Shown: one piece after another, positions 10,013 through 21,119 of the stretch
How the letters are laid out: each line of letters begins with the position of its first letter
Numbering within the stretch: position 1 is the stretch's first letter
Assembly: GCF_022539665.2 (NCBI RefSeq)
Contig: NC_081331.1
Location: 9,176,001 to 9,240,000, forward strand
From: Daphnia carinata
Taxonomy: Eukaryota
Direction of reading: 5' to 3'
Length of the DNA stretch: 64,000 nucleotides
Program-made: the position numbers and the translations under genes
The notes under the pieces: model-generated
Databases searched by the model: none
Told to the model about the DNA's origin: nothing
What the model saw: only the letters and a program-made list of their open reading frames with translations

Positions 10013-13000
10013 ATATTCTGCCTTCCTGCTAAGGAGTACTATTTGGTTTTAGATCCTTTTCAAAAAGAAGCAATTCTTTGTTTGCAGAATTCCAGTCAGT
10101 ATTGGTATCGGCCGACATTTCAGCAGGTCAAATTGTTGTTTCAGAGTAGATTATCATTTGCATTTCAATTTCACTAACATTTGGAACTTGTCATGTTTTC
10201 TTTGCTTAGATATGCCATTGCAATGTAAAAATATGAGAAACAATGTGTTATTTATACAACTCCCATCAAAGCCCTGAGTAATCGGAAGTACCGAGAATTT
10301 TCAGAAGAATTTAAAGATGTAGGACTGATGACAGGAGATGTCACCATCAACCCCCACTGCTTCATGCTTGGTTATGGCAAATGAGGTTTGTTTTTCGTTT
10401 TGCATGTGTATTAGACCAATATAAAGAGGACACCTATCTTTCCGTAGATTTTGAGGAGTATGCTGTACCGTGGCTCAGAAGTTGTACGTGTAGGGGCTTG
10501 GGTTATTTTCGATGAAATTCTCTACATGAGAGCCAAGGAGCGTGGTGTCGTCTGGGAAGAAACAATTACTTCACTGCTGGACAATGTCTTTTTCGCCTTA
10601 CTTTCGGCTACGATTCCCAATGCACGCCAGTGTGCTGAATGGATTTGCCATTTGTACAATCAACCATGCCATGTGGTGTACGCTGATTATTGCCCTGTCC
10701 CGCTCCAACACTACGTTTTCGCTGGCAGAGAAGGCGAAAAGTTTATGAATGAGTTGATTTCGTTTTATTTGATATCATTCAATAAATTGTTACCTATAAT
10801 TGCGTGTAGGATCAATTTTGCAAAGATACTTCAACGAAGCAATGGTGGTGTAACATAATGTTGGACATGCCGCATTTGGCGATAAGCGTAGTCGATGAGG
10901 TAGCCTTAAAGATAGCAAAATTGGCTCAAGATAATGATGATGGAGAAGAATTTTTCCCCCGTGGTTGTCTTTGGCTTTAGCAACAAAGAAGGCGAATTTT
11001 ACATACTACAAATGGCTAAGTTGGATTTCAATTGGAAAGAAGAAAAGAAGTTCGTGGGCAAGTTTTCTAAGATGCCATGGAGGTCTTATCGGAAGAGGAT
11101 AGCAAACTGCCACGTAACCAAGGCAGAGCAAGGACTACCTTTTCTGAAACGCGGAATCGGCATTCGTCACAGAGGTAATACATTTGACTATCATTATGTA
11201 TCATCAATCTAATGAAATTTTGTTGAGAAAGGTCTGCTACCAATGTTGAAAGAGGCCGTAGAAATCCTATTCTCTAAGGGACTTATCCAGGCTCTTTTCG
11301 CTACTGAAACGTTTGTCATGAGCCACAACATGCCTGCTCGTATAGTGTTTTTCACAAATGCACGCAAGTTCGACAGCAAAGGAAATTGAAGGGTAAAACC
11401 TTTTCCATTTTCTAGATAGTTTGCAACGTTTTTTAAACTGGTATTTTCCCACTAAATTTCTTCCGGAGAATACATTCAGATGTCGGGTCGTGTTGGTGGT
11501 CGTGGTCTCGATGAGAAAGGTATTGTCATTCTGATGATCGACGAAAACATGAGCCCAGCTGTTGGTCGCATTTTGGTTAAAGGCTAGGGAGACCTTCTTA
11601 ACTCGGCGTTCCATCTTATCTATAATATGACTCTTAACTTGCTACGCGTCAAGGAAATCACAATACAATATAGCCATTCCTTCGCTACCTAACTCAGCTC
11701 GAATAAGTATACTTTTTAGTCCAGACTACGTGCTGGAAGTTCGTGTTTCCAGTTTTAGCAGTGTGCTGCCATCCCACACTTAGTCGTAAGTAAGTTTTTT
11801 TTTTTTTTTTTTTTTTAACATTTTTTATGATAAATGATTTTTTTTCTTCATGCAGATGTCAGACAGAAAAAAAATCTGAAGAAATTCTTAGTTCCGCAAG
11901 AAAAGAATGTATGCTTCATCCTATTACACTATTCGACAGCAACTTGCTTACCTGAATGATGGAACTCGTTAGTACATAGTAAAACATGGTCCACATGAGT
12001 AATATTGTTCAACCTGTTTCCATAATACGATTTCAACATTATTAGGTACTTTTATTAGATAAAAACAAGGGAAATGATTTTGATATGGGCATTATTGTCG
12101 ACTACAAAAAAGAAAATTTAGTGGAAAGAGCGATGACAGTACAGCGGAAGACCTTGATGCATCATACATTGTCAGCGTCCTGATGTAAATCTTCAAAGCC
12201 ACTACAGAAAGTAAGGTAGTGTCAGCAGCGAAGCCTTGCGGACCCAAAGAAAATGGAGAGATGGGAGTGATCCCCTGTTTCCTTAATGTTATCACTAAGA
12301 TAAGCTCAGTCCGTCTCTACTTTAACGAAGACCTTCGTCCGCTCGACAACCGTGTATATAGTGTTCAAAAGGATACAGGTTTCAGCGTTAACTTATGTTC
12401 ATGCAAATTTTTTGAGTAGCCTAGATTCACGGTATTGAAATATAGGACGTTCATAGGCGCTTCCCAAACGGCGTTCAACTAGTGGACCGGTCAAGGACAG
12501 TCCACCAAATCCATCGCGATACGAAAGTTGAGTCCATTTGTCAACTCGACCACAATAAGCAAAGGGTATTATAATAAGTAAGTTGAAGTAATATGGATTA
12601 CAATCTTTTCTTCAAAAACAATAGTTGGTGGCCCAATTAAAACACGCAAAAGATGAACTGCAGAAGCCAAATTGCTTTTGCAAATGACCAAGCTTAAACG
12701 TCGCAAGCGAGTCCTGCGTCGTCTCGGTTATTGCACTGCAGCTGACGTTATTGAACTCAAATGTCGTGTGGCTTGTAAATTCTCCAGCGGCGATAAGCTC
12801 TTGCTTACTGAAATGATTTTCAAGGGCATATTAAACGCACTTGAAGTAACCCAGACGGCTGCTTACTGAATTGTTTTGTCTGCGATGAAAAATCAAATAA
12901 AATGCCAAACTGTGGCATAAATTCATGGTAAATTTACAAATACACGTGATATACAGTAGTTCTTACAAATGTGTGCCAATGCATGATTGTGTTCAGAAAT

Positions 13001-13251
13001 TACGGTGTTGTACGAACAAAAATTTAAATCGCTTCATCCACTTTATGTGATAAAGAATAAAAACAAATGGATTTGGTAACGGCATTATAGCTGTATTTAA
13101 CATTTCATTTATAAACCACATTCGTATGGACCGACTAGTTAATGCATCAATGCACGGCAGGGAAATACTCAATTTGGAACGAGGACAGCAAATAATAAAA
13201 CAAGATCTAATTCTTCCGTCATCGAGCTTGACGGACAGCGCAATTTCACGA

Positions 13252-14156
13252 TTAATAAAACTTCGGCGGCTTAGTGTAATAGCTGGAAGTGGCGTATGTT
13301 GTTGTGTAATAAGCTGTAGTCTCGGTGTAGTAACTGGGAGCGGCGTAAGTGGTAGTGTAGTACTCTGGCGCTTTCGTTGTGTAGTAGCTGGGGGCTTCAG
13401 TCTGGTAGTAGCTTGAAGGTGCGTAGTACTTCATTGCCTCGGAGTAGTAGCTGGGAGTAGCATATGTTGTTGTGTAATACACCGGCGCCTCTATGTAATA
13501 GCTCGGTACGGAGTAGTATCTCGGTGCCTCCGAATAGTAAGTAGGAGCAGCATATGTTGTGGTAAAATACTCGCGCACCTTTGTAGTGTAGTAAGTGGGG
13601 GCTGCATGTGTAGTGCTGTAGTAGGATGCCGTGGTGTAGTATTCGGGCGCATTTGTCGTGTAGTACTTGTGGGGCTCGGTGTAGTAGGTAGGGGCAGCAT
13701 ATGTTGTCGTGTAATACTCGGCCTTCCTTGTCTAGTACTCAGGAGCCTTGGAGGTGTAGTAGGATGCCGGAGTGCTGTAGTACCCGTATGAAGACGTACT
13801 CATCGGCCCACCCATGGCCTGTCCAGCCATCAAAGAAACGACCAACAACAGCATTGCGACATAGTTAACCACAAATTAAAAAAGAATGCAGTTTCATGAG
13901 AAATTCAAATAAAAGAGCATTATCAAAATGATTCAGTTAGTTTCCGTAAAATACACGGGTTATTGAACTAGCCTTCTTTTCCCCACATTTACAAAACATA
14001 AATCCAGCAAACATAGAAAAAACTCGTCAGTTACCCCTATAGAATTTAATTGTCGTCTATAAAATCAGCTTGAAAATACGATTCAAAAATTCTTGTGATG
14101 ACAATGACTTTGAAATTTTTTCGAAAAAACTAGACTTTACCAAAATATTTACCCAT
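13252..14156 (-). pseudogene. Secreted Tyr/Thr/Pro-rich repeat protein (YYTTTYAAPSYY / TKAPEYY family), probably disabled
   Basis: Putative exon 1 is ATG G|gt at 14156-14153, with TATAAAA at 14270-14264. Exon 2 gives a signal peptide (VNYVAMLLLVVSLMAGQAMG) and then the repeats in one frame to a stop at 13252. There is an in-frame TAG at 13734-13732 where Tyr is expected, and the apparent acceptor reads GG instead of AG near 13867. Confidence 0.75.
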
Positions 14157-14844
14157 GACGTGAAAGTTAATTTGGTAGTGAACAGCTGAATAACACGAGT
14201 TTCTGTACTACAGTTGCTGAACGATGAGTCCACTCGATTGATTCTAACTTCGCTTTGTCCTTGTTTTATATGTATTTGTTTCTCCCTAATGCACGTCACT
14301 AGCCTATGGCATTGATAAATGGCAAGTGCAATATTATTCTTACCCCACCTTTATGACGTGTTCGCGTACCCTTTTGACATTCTCTTCCCTTTTGGCCGTT
14401 GGCAATTGCGTTTAAAGTCGCGCATTTGTTGTCTCATATTTGCATTCGAAATGTTATGATGGTTAAAAAAAAAGGAAAAAAAAATGTATCCCTTCATACT
14501 ATTGCAATGTCAAGCTCTAACTGGAACGTTGGGAGTGACAATATTTGTCGGAAATAAACAATAAGGATCCCACATTAGTTCCTCTTTCAACGGGCAATTG
14601 ATTGAAATGATAGAATGATATCGGACAATTTTTAATGTTAGGATTAAATATTAATCTAGATATTGAAATCTAATTGTAAATTGAACTCGATTATTAATAT
14701 TTGCGATCTCATCTCCTATAATCGTTAGCGGATGCATTAACTTATTAGTGTTAACACCGGCCGCCACGAGCTATGAGGATTCTTGCATATCATTAAAGGC
14801 GTTCTCTTCGTGCGGGCGTGACAATGAATCCATACCCCATACCC

Positions 14845-15115
14845 TTGTGCGGTATAGCATCTCGGGGCCTCCGAGTAGTAACTTGGAGCTGCATACATGA
14901 TCGTGTAGCATTCAGGTGCCTTGGTGCTGTAATACTTGTGAGAATCGGTGTAGTAAGTGGAGGCTGCATATGTTGTGGTATAGTACTCGGGCGCTTTTGT
15001 GATGTAGTATGTAGGGGCTGTATACCTCGTGGTGTTATATGTAGGAGCCTTTGCGGTGTAGTATGTAGGGACATCATACGTCGTGGTGTAGTGCGGCGCA
15101 GTAGTGGTCGTATGG
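14845..15115 (-). pseudogene. Fragment of a second Tyr/Thr-rich repeat family member
   Basis: Translates to HYTTTYDVPTYYTAKAP...TKAPEYYTTTYAASTYYTDSHKYY...AAPSYYSEAPR. No signal-peptide exon was identified. Confidence 0.7.
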
Positions 15116-15235
15116 TAAAATCACTACCGATCCAGACGATGAACCCCTCGTCACACCTAAGGTTTTTCTTTTAAATCACCATGGTTTTCCTTTACCTGTA
15201 ATATAGCAACAGCAACGGTAGGAATAAGAGCAGGA

Positions 15236-15502
15236 TTACCGAGTTCGGGCAAGATGTTGAACGGCTTTTCTGCGTTTGTAGAATTCCTGGACAATCGTCC
15301 TAGGCGTCGTGCTACCATGGTTAATCTCGATCAACCGTAGAACGAAAACTCCATCGCAACCCAAATAATGGATGGTAAAAGAAGGGCAATCGCTTCGCTG
15401 GTTGTCATCTTCTTCGTCGTTATTCATGCTGGGCAGTAAATAATGTTCAACGAATTCTGTGCGAATAGAAACCAAGCAGTTCTTGTAGCACCAAACTGCC
15501 AA
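15236..15502 (-). pseudogene. Innexin C-terminal (post-TM4) fragment
   Basis: W...R.EFVEHYL...F..HYLGCDGVFVLRLIEINHG...IVQE matches the YLxxDGxFxLRLxxxNxG innexin tail motif. The upstream transmembrane domains are absent. Confidence 0.65.
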
Positions 15503-15627
15503 ACTCAGTCAACAAATTTTCTTATACGTAACCAAGTTTTTCAGCATTCCCTAATTTCTCACTGGTAACACAAAAGTAACGCTAAGATTAAGCTAAGACA
15601 GCAACTTAAGCTAAGACTGGTCGAGCC

Positions 15628-15710
15628 CCTGTCTGCTCATCAAACCACTCTCTGCTCGTCAACCTACTCACTGCCCATCAATCCACTCTCTGCCCGTAAA
15701 ACCACTCTCG
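15628..15710. repeat. Isolated remnant of the 19-bp Helitron minisatellite
   Basis: About 4 degenerate units such as CTGCCCATCAATCCACTCT and CTGCCCGTAAAACCACTCT. Confidence 0.7.
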
Positions 15711-16742
15711 GTTTTGTGGCTGACACTTGCTTCTCTGGTTTCGTGGACCCTAATCGCAATATCCAATGGCTAATAAAAATTTCATCTATGTTGTTATTTT
15801 TTCTTTTAACGCATTTATTTATTTATCTCAGTTGTTTCTGATGTACAACGGAATATCAAATATGAGATATTCCATACAAAGATTTTTACATTAACTGTTC
15901 GCGCCGAACTACGTCCTCCTTACAAAATGTGTGTGCAACACAATCTGGCATAGTAAATTGAGCTTATGTCCTACAAAATATGAAGTACCTGTACCCTTAT
16001 ACATATTGACATCCTTTTTCCTTTCCATTAAAAATCCAATCAAAAATCCACCGCTTAACTAAAATTTATAATACAAATTTTAATAGTTCAAAAGAATAAA
16101 AAAAAAAAAATACGTGGAAATACTTTTCGTGCAGATGGCTTATTATTTACTAGCTTCAACTAACCTGCGCTATACCTAAATACAAAATACTGGCAAAAAA
16201 AATTTTGCCGTACGAGAAATGTTTCCTATCGTTTTCCAACTTTCTTTCATGATTCTATTTGATCATTTCCGATGTTTGCATCGGTTATCTTCGATCCAAG
16301 TTTCTTATCTATTACTATTGGACCATTCAAATCGGAATGCACACATTTGGTCGACAACACGTTCTTGTAAAGCCATCTAACATAAAGTTTGATTTTTATT
16401 ATTGGATATATGGATGAAATGGCCTAGGATTTATCATCGGAGCAGCAATTGCCGGTGCCTTTGGTAGTTGGTTTGCGGTAGTTCATTCACAGCGAACGTC
16501 GATTACTCAGGATATTTGAATAAGACCTGACAAGGCATGTAACAACCTCAGTTGAGACCTAGTACACTGAGGACTTGTTTTGTTTAAACTGAAGCCGGAT
16601 TTTCAGGCACAATGTATTGAACCCACTAAAAATTTCCTTCGCCATGTTTTAAGCCGTTAAAAACCCTTGCTGCTACAACAAATGGTTTTGATATTATATC
16701 ATTTCAAAAATAGCCGAACAAATTTTAAAAAGTTGTGGATTT

Positions 16743-18092
16743 TCAAGCACACAATCCGTCGTTGTTTGAAGTCGGAGCTGGACAGGCAGATCCAGCGGCT
16801 CCTTGAGCGTAAACTGGGGAATTTACATAATTTCCAGTCGGTCCATAGTTACAGACATAGAGCCTATTGTAGGGAAAATCTTCTCCAAAAGTCTGACCAC
16901 ATCAAAGACAGGGTCAACGTCAAAGTCAAATTGCTTAAGAAGAAAAAATGTCTTACAGCAGTCGATTGATAGTAAGCCACTCCACAGCCTACGGTATAAG
17001 TAGTAGCCCATACAACTTGAGTGTAATGGCCAATAACAGCAGGTGGACTTGATCTGTATCATCAGATTTTATGAAAATTAACGCTCCTACAGTAGAAAAT
17101 ACGCGACTTGGTAAAATTTTCTTACGGAAAGCTTGTAACATAAGCAGGTGTCATGGCCAAAACTTCATCGTACCAAGACGTAACAGCTGCAGGCCAATTA
17201 GATGAGTCTAACGAGTCGGAAGAAGCCCCAGAAATGTAAATATTCTGACCCACTCGGAATCGAGCTATTGGTATATAAAATCCATGTCAAATACCGAAAA
17301 TAAATAGACTGATCACTGGACAGAGTATAGTGTAATATAAAAATTTGACTTACGGACGTTACGGCACTTGTCGTGGTGAAACACGCACTGCTGGGCGTGT
17401 GTTTGCGCCATTACGGCCAACTCCTCATCCCAGATCTTAACAAAATACAGACATTTAAAATACCATAACATTCCAAAGGGATTTACAGTATGTTTTTACG
17501 GTGAAAAAAAAAAGGAGTTTTTTCGTACCAATTGCCTCATGTTAGACGCCGATGGCTGAGGACCTGGAATTCCGCTAGTCTCGAGACCCTTGGCAACTTT
17601 GCGCCGGTAATCATTATGCATCTGTAAAATGATGTCGATTTCTTCAGCGTTGACACTCGATTTTGTTGGATACGATGGTAAACAAGCTGCTCCCCAGGTT
17701 GAATTCTATTTGTAACAAAATGAATATCGTGAATTCATTATCATTGTCTTTGAATATGTTTAAGAGTATACCGAATATTTGCATAGGGTATTTTCGCTAG
17801 GTACGCTGCACGTAGCAATGTTGCAGTATTCATTTTGAGCTATGGGGCTCAATGTCGTGGCGGTTGGCTTCAAAGTCGACAAGGTATTGGTGCAACTACA
17901 CACCGTAGTTGGCTGCAACGTCATCTGGGCCTCCTTTTCATACAAAAGTGATTAATTAAGCACCAGAATAGTTAAAAACAAATTTGAATATAAGCAAAAA
18001 TGTCCTGGTAGTTTTTTTTTTTCATGAAAATTACTTACTCCGCAAGCGGATAGGGTGACCGTGATCACCAAGGATACAGCGAAAAATTTCAT
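16743..18092 (-). CDS. CAP/SCP superfamily (venom allergen 5 / antigen 5-like) secreted protein, 7 exons, apparently intact
   Basis: Signal peptide [17 protein letters not shown], then [69 protein letters not shown] and [10 protein letters not shown]...CA*. The GT-AG junctions I checked at the 3' end keep the frame. Confidence 0.9.
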
Positions 18093-20018
18093 TTCGACGA
18101 GAGTGGAACAAGCAAACAATGCTCTGTGTATATAAGCTGTTTCATACCTCGTTATTTATACATTTCTTTTTTCCGGATTGTAAGCGTATCACAAAATTTG
18201 GAACGCAAGTGTTTAATTCGAAGCGGATCCAGCTGCATTTACTGCGCGAAGTTGTTGACTGAAATAAAGTTTGCGCTCCAATTAAAACTAGGGTACCTCA
18301 GAATACGAAAAACAAAGAAGTGTAATAAACATACTCGGGTGTCGTGTTCGTCTGTAAAATAAAACGGATCTTATGAAAATCTAGGGCGTCCGAGTCGGGG
18401 GTTGATGAACGCAACTAGGACACCACATGTTGTCACTTATGTGTCGAATAAATCCATTGCGTATGACATTTTTTTCGTCGTAGATCTCGATGAAAAGATT
18501 GTGAAACGCACCAGGCATATGTTGTTCCCTTTCTTCTCTGTAATAAATAAAGACAAGCGGCAAAAAGTTCTGTGTTAAGTTAGAATATTAATAACGAGCG
18601 ACAGTATGACACTGACTAAGACATTTTGGAGTGTGATAAAAAAGAAGTGAGTACTGGCTATCTCAACGTGAAGAAGCTCCTAGAAAAGAAGCTCCTCGTG
18701 TTAAAGAGAGCAGTTGCGTTTGTTTGGGGAAAGATAACAATAATTGTTTATTCATTTGATGCATGTTATGACGGTCTAATTGCTTTAGTATGTGATTTAG
18801 CGCTTTAAGATTTGTAAGTTCTAACAGCTAAACCCAATAGGTGGACTAAATTTAATAGTTGTAGTAGGCCATGCAACTGGTCTGTAGTAATGGGCAAGAA
18901 GATGGCGGTTTGTACCAAGTCTCATAAAGTTGTGATAAGACATAACTAGTCAACTTGCAAAATCATGCATATATTCTGAATCAGCACAACAATTCCAATT
19001 TCAATTCAAATACCTACCTTTGTTGAGCTAGAGGTATATCTCTACCTTTGTTCCTTCTTCCTACTAGAGCTCAGTCCAATTCTGAGACTACTAGCGGAAG
19101 CTACTGGCGCGACATACGATTTGTTTTGTTTTTTTCAGTTTCGTGTCAGTGTCTTCTGACAGAAAGCCTATCTCAGGTTTTGCTTAATAAGAAATCGTAT
19201 CCTGTGAACTTATCTCAACCCTTCTGTTTGCAGTTTTTGATACTTTGAAAAATGTTTCTGATATTCACGCATCTCCTATCCGGTGCCGATTGATGATCTT
19301 TAAATTACCAAGTTGCACTAAAATAAACAGCAGCTACGTCACTTGCCCTTAAACATCGGAACACAAGACGGCGGGGTTGTTTTTTCAAGGCTTCCTTTCG
19401 GTATTCCGTGTTCTTTCGTGATGTTTTTCCTCATCGACTCGCATACGTATGTGCCTTCTCTCCCGTTTTATTTTCAATATTAGCCTTAGCCATTACACCA
19501 TGGTAGGTTACAAGAACGTGACAATTTTTTTTTTGCCTTCTCTCCCCTCCCGCCTCCTCTTTATACATGTTGATATCAGATCAAACTTATCTCTTGTTAA
19601 CCAATCACTAATTGATTAACGGTTTAATCTAAGGTTTGTGTAATTAATTGCAATTGTTTTTTTTCCTACTTACTTTTCGTCTTCACCATCCATTGCTTGA
19701 GTTTCGTGCTTTAGCTTCGTATCGATGATGCCGAATGTAATTTTTTGGCTGACAGTTTTGAACGGATAGGAAAAACAGGTATCTATTTTGAAAGGATAGT
19801 GAACAGAGGTATTTTACGTTTCTCTTTCATTCCAAGTGCCTTGGAAATAAAGAACGTATTTTAACCTACCTTGTTTTTCATTGATTCAAAATATTAATTG
19901 TACGTAATTTTTCAAATTCCTGGTATATCCGCAGAAATGGATAAATTTTACACTTGTTTGTAGTAGAAACGACGACAAAAGGTCGAATATCAAATTTATT
20001 GATCGCTCAATGCTTGTC

Positions 20019-20850
20019 TTAATCTATCATTTCTTCATCTCTGCAAGCAGAGTGCAGCAGTTTACGGCGGATTTCTGGTGTCAACGTATGGTGCTTGTGA
20101 ACAGTGTTTAGCTGAAGGAGCGCCTGTTTCTGTTCGCTACTAAGATCCGCTTTTTATCGCTGACAAAACGTCAACAGCGATTGATGCCACAAAACGGGCA
20201 TTTTCCTGGAATGGAGCTGAAATCTGTAACAAAAAACATTTCAAAACGTTAACTAAAGAGTTTTATCGAATCTGCATTCGACCATAAAAACTCACTTGAC
20301 GAAATGGTGAACAGCTGCATCAACTACGCGATACGGCACAGCGTATTTTTTGTCGAAAAAGATCCGCAGAAAAATTGAATTTGATCCCATGTAGACATTT
20401 CAGCTAGCTTCCATATGGCTGCAGCAAAGTGTAAGACAGGGATGGAGCATTGCGAAATGACGGAGCCCACAATGAAAGCTTCTCGTAAGGTGCAGCTGCC
20501 ACTCCGGGGTAGCTTATTAGAAAGGTAAAGACAAAATAATAGTTCGAAATTTTGCTTGTATGACCTCACAGAGTGGCAGAATAAATCAGTAAAAAAACGC
20601 CACAGGTTTAAAAAGAGCTTTCCGCAGAGCTTGATAAAGATGAAATAAGTCAACATTATCATAATAAATCCATGAACTAGTAACGAACTTCAACGCTAGA
20701 CAACCAAACAGAAATACCGAATTTGTTCCCAGTTCTGCAAAGGATGGATGAGTTTGATCACTTTTGATAGATTTCCACTACGATAGCGTTGTAAAATTGA
20801 TGCTACACTGCGGTAAAAGGATTTTACACGTAGATCACGCTAGAAATTTG
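20019..20850 (-). pseudogene. bys: Bystin (BYSL/Enp1) pseudogene fragment, C-terminal half
   Basis: [64 protein letters not shown] and PVLWHQSLLTFCQR*KADL...TPEIRRKL. It has stops and frameshifts, and introns are retained. Confidence 0.9.
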
Positions 20851-21119
20851 ACACCTACGAATGAAAACATTCAAATGTTTAGCTTTTGTCATTGATACAT
20901 GAATAACACTAACTACTACTTTCTATTTCAGAAAACTGAATTTGGATCTCAGTCTGTTTTCTGTTATTTTTCCATGATAATGTTAGTCAGATAAAGCCAC
21001 CCAAAGTGAAGTGAGGCCAAGCCTTGTCTTTAAAGGCTGAAGTGGTGCAAAGAAAATTTTGTCGGAATAGCGCCAACCCTGCTTGTCTATAGCAAGCGGC
21101 AAGAGCCTATGCCGAAAGA

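Larger units (their letters stand above)
6721..12920 (+). pseudogene. Mtr4: Mtr4/SKIV2L2 exosome RNA helicase, unprocessed pseudogene, LTR-interrupted and 3'-truncated
   Basis: Recognisable motifs: [104 protein letters not shown] and [13 protein letters not shown]. There are many stops and frameshifts, the DEIH box reads DEIL, and short GT-AG introns are retained. Confidence 0.93.

Noticed and set aside
13732..13734. Programmed stop-codon readthrough at the in-frame TAG
   Set aside because: A TAC-to-TAG mutation is simpler, and a second lesion (the acceptor) points to a pseudogene.
13126..15174. Plus-strand Val/Gly/Cys-rich ORFs
   Set aside because: They are antisense shadows of the minus-strand Tyr/Thr repeat genes.
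16250..16520. Hydrophobic fragment FIIGAAIAGAFGSWFAVVH, loosely PAP2/DOLPP1-like
   Set aside because: Too short, and no catalytic motif could be confirmed by eye.
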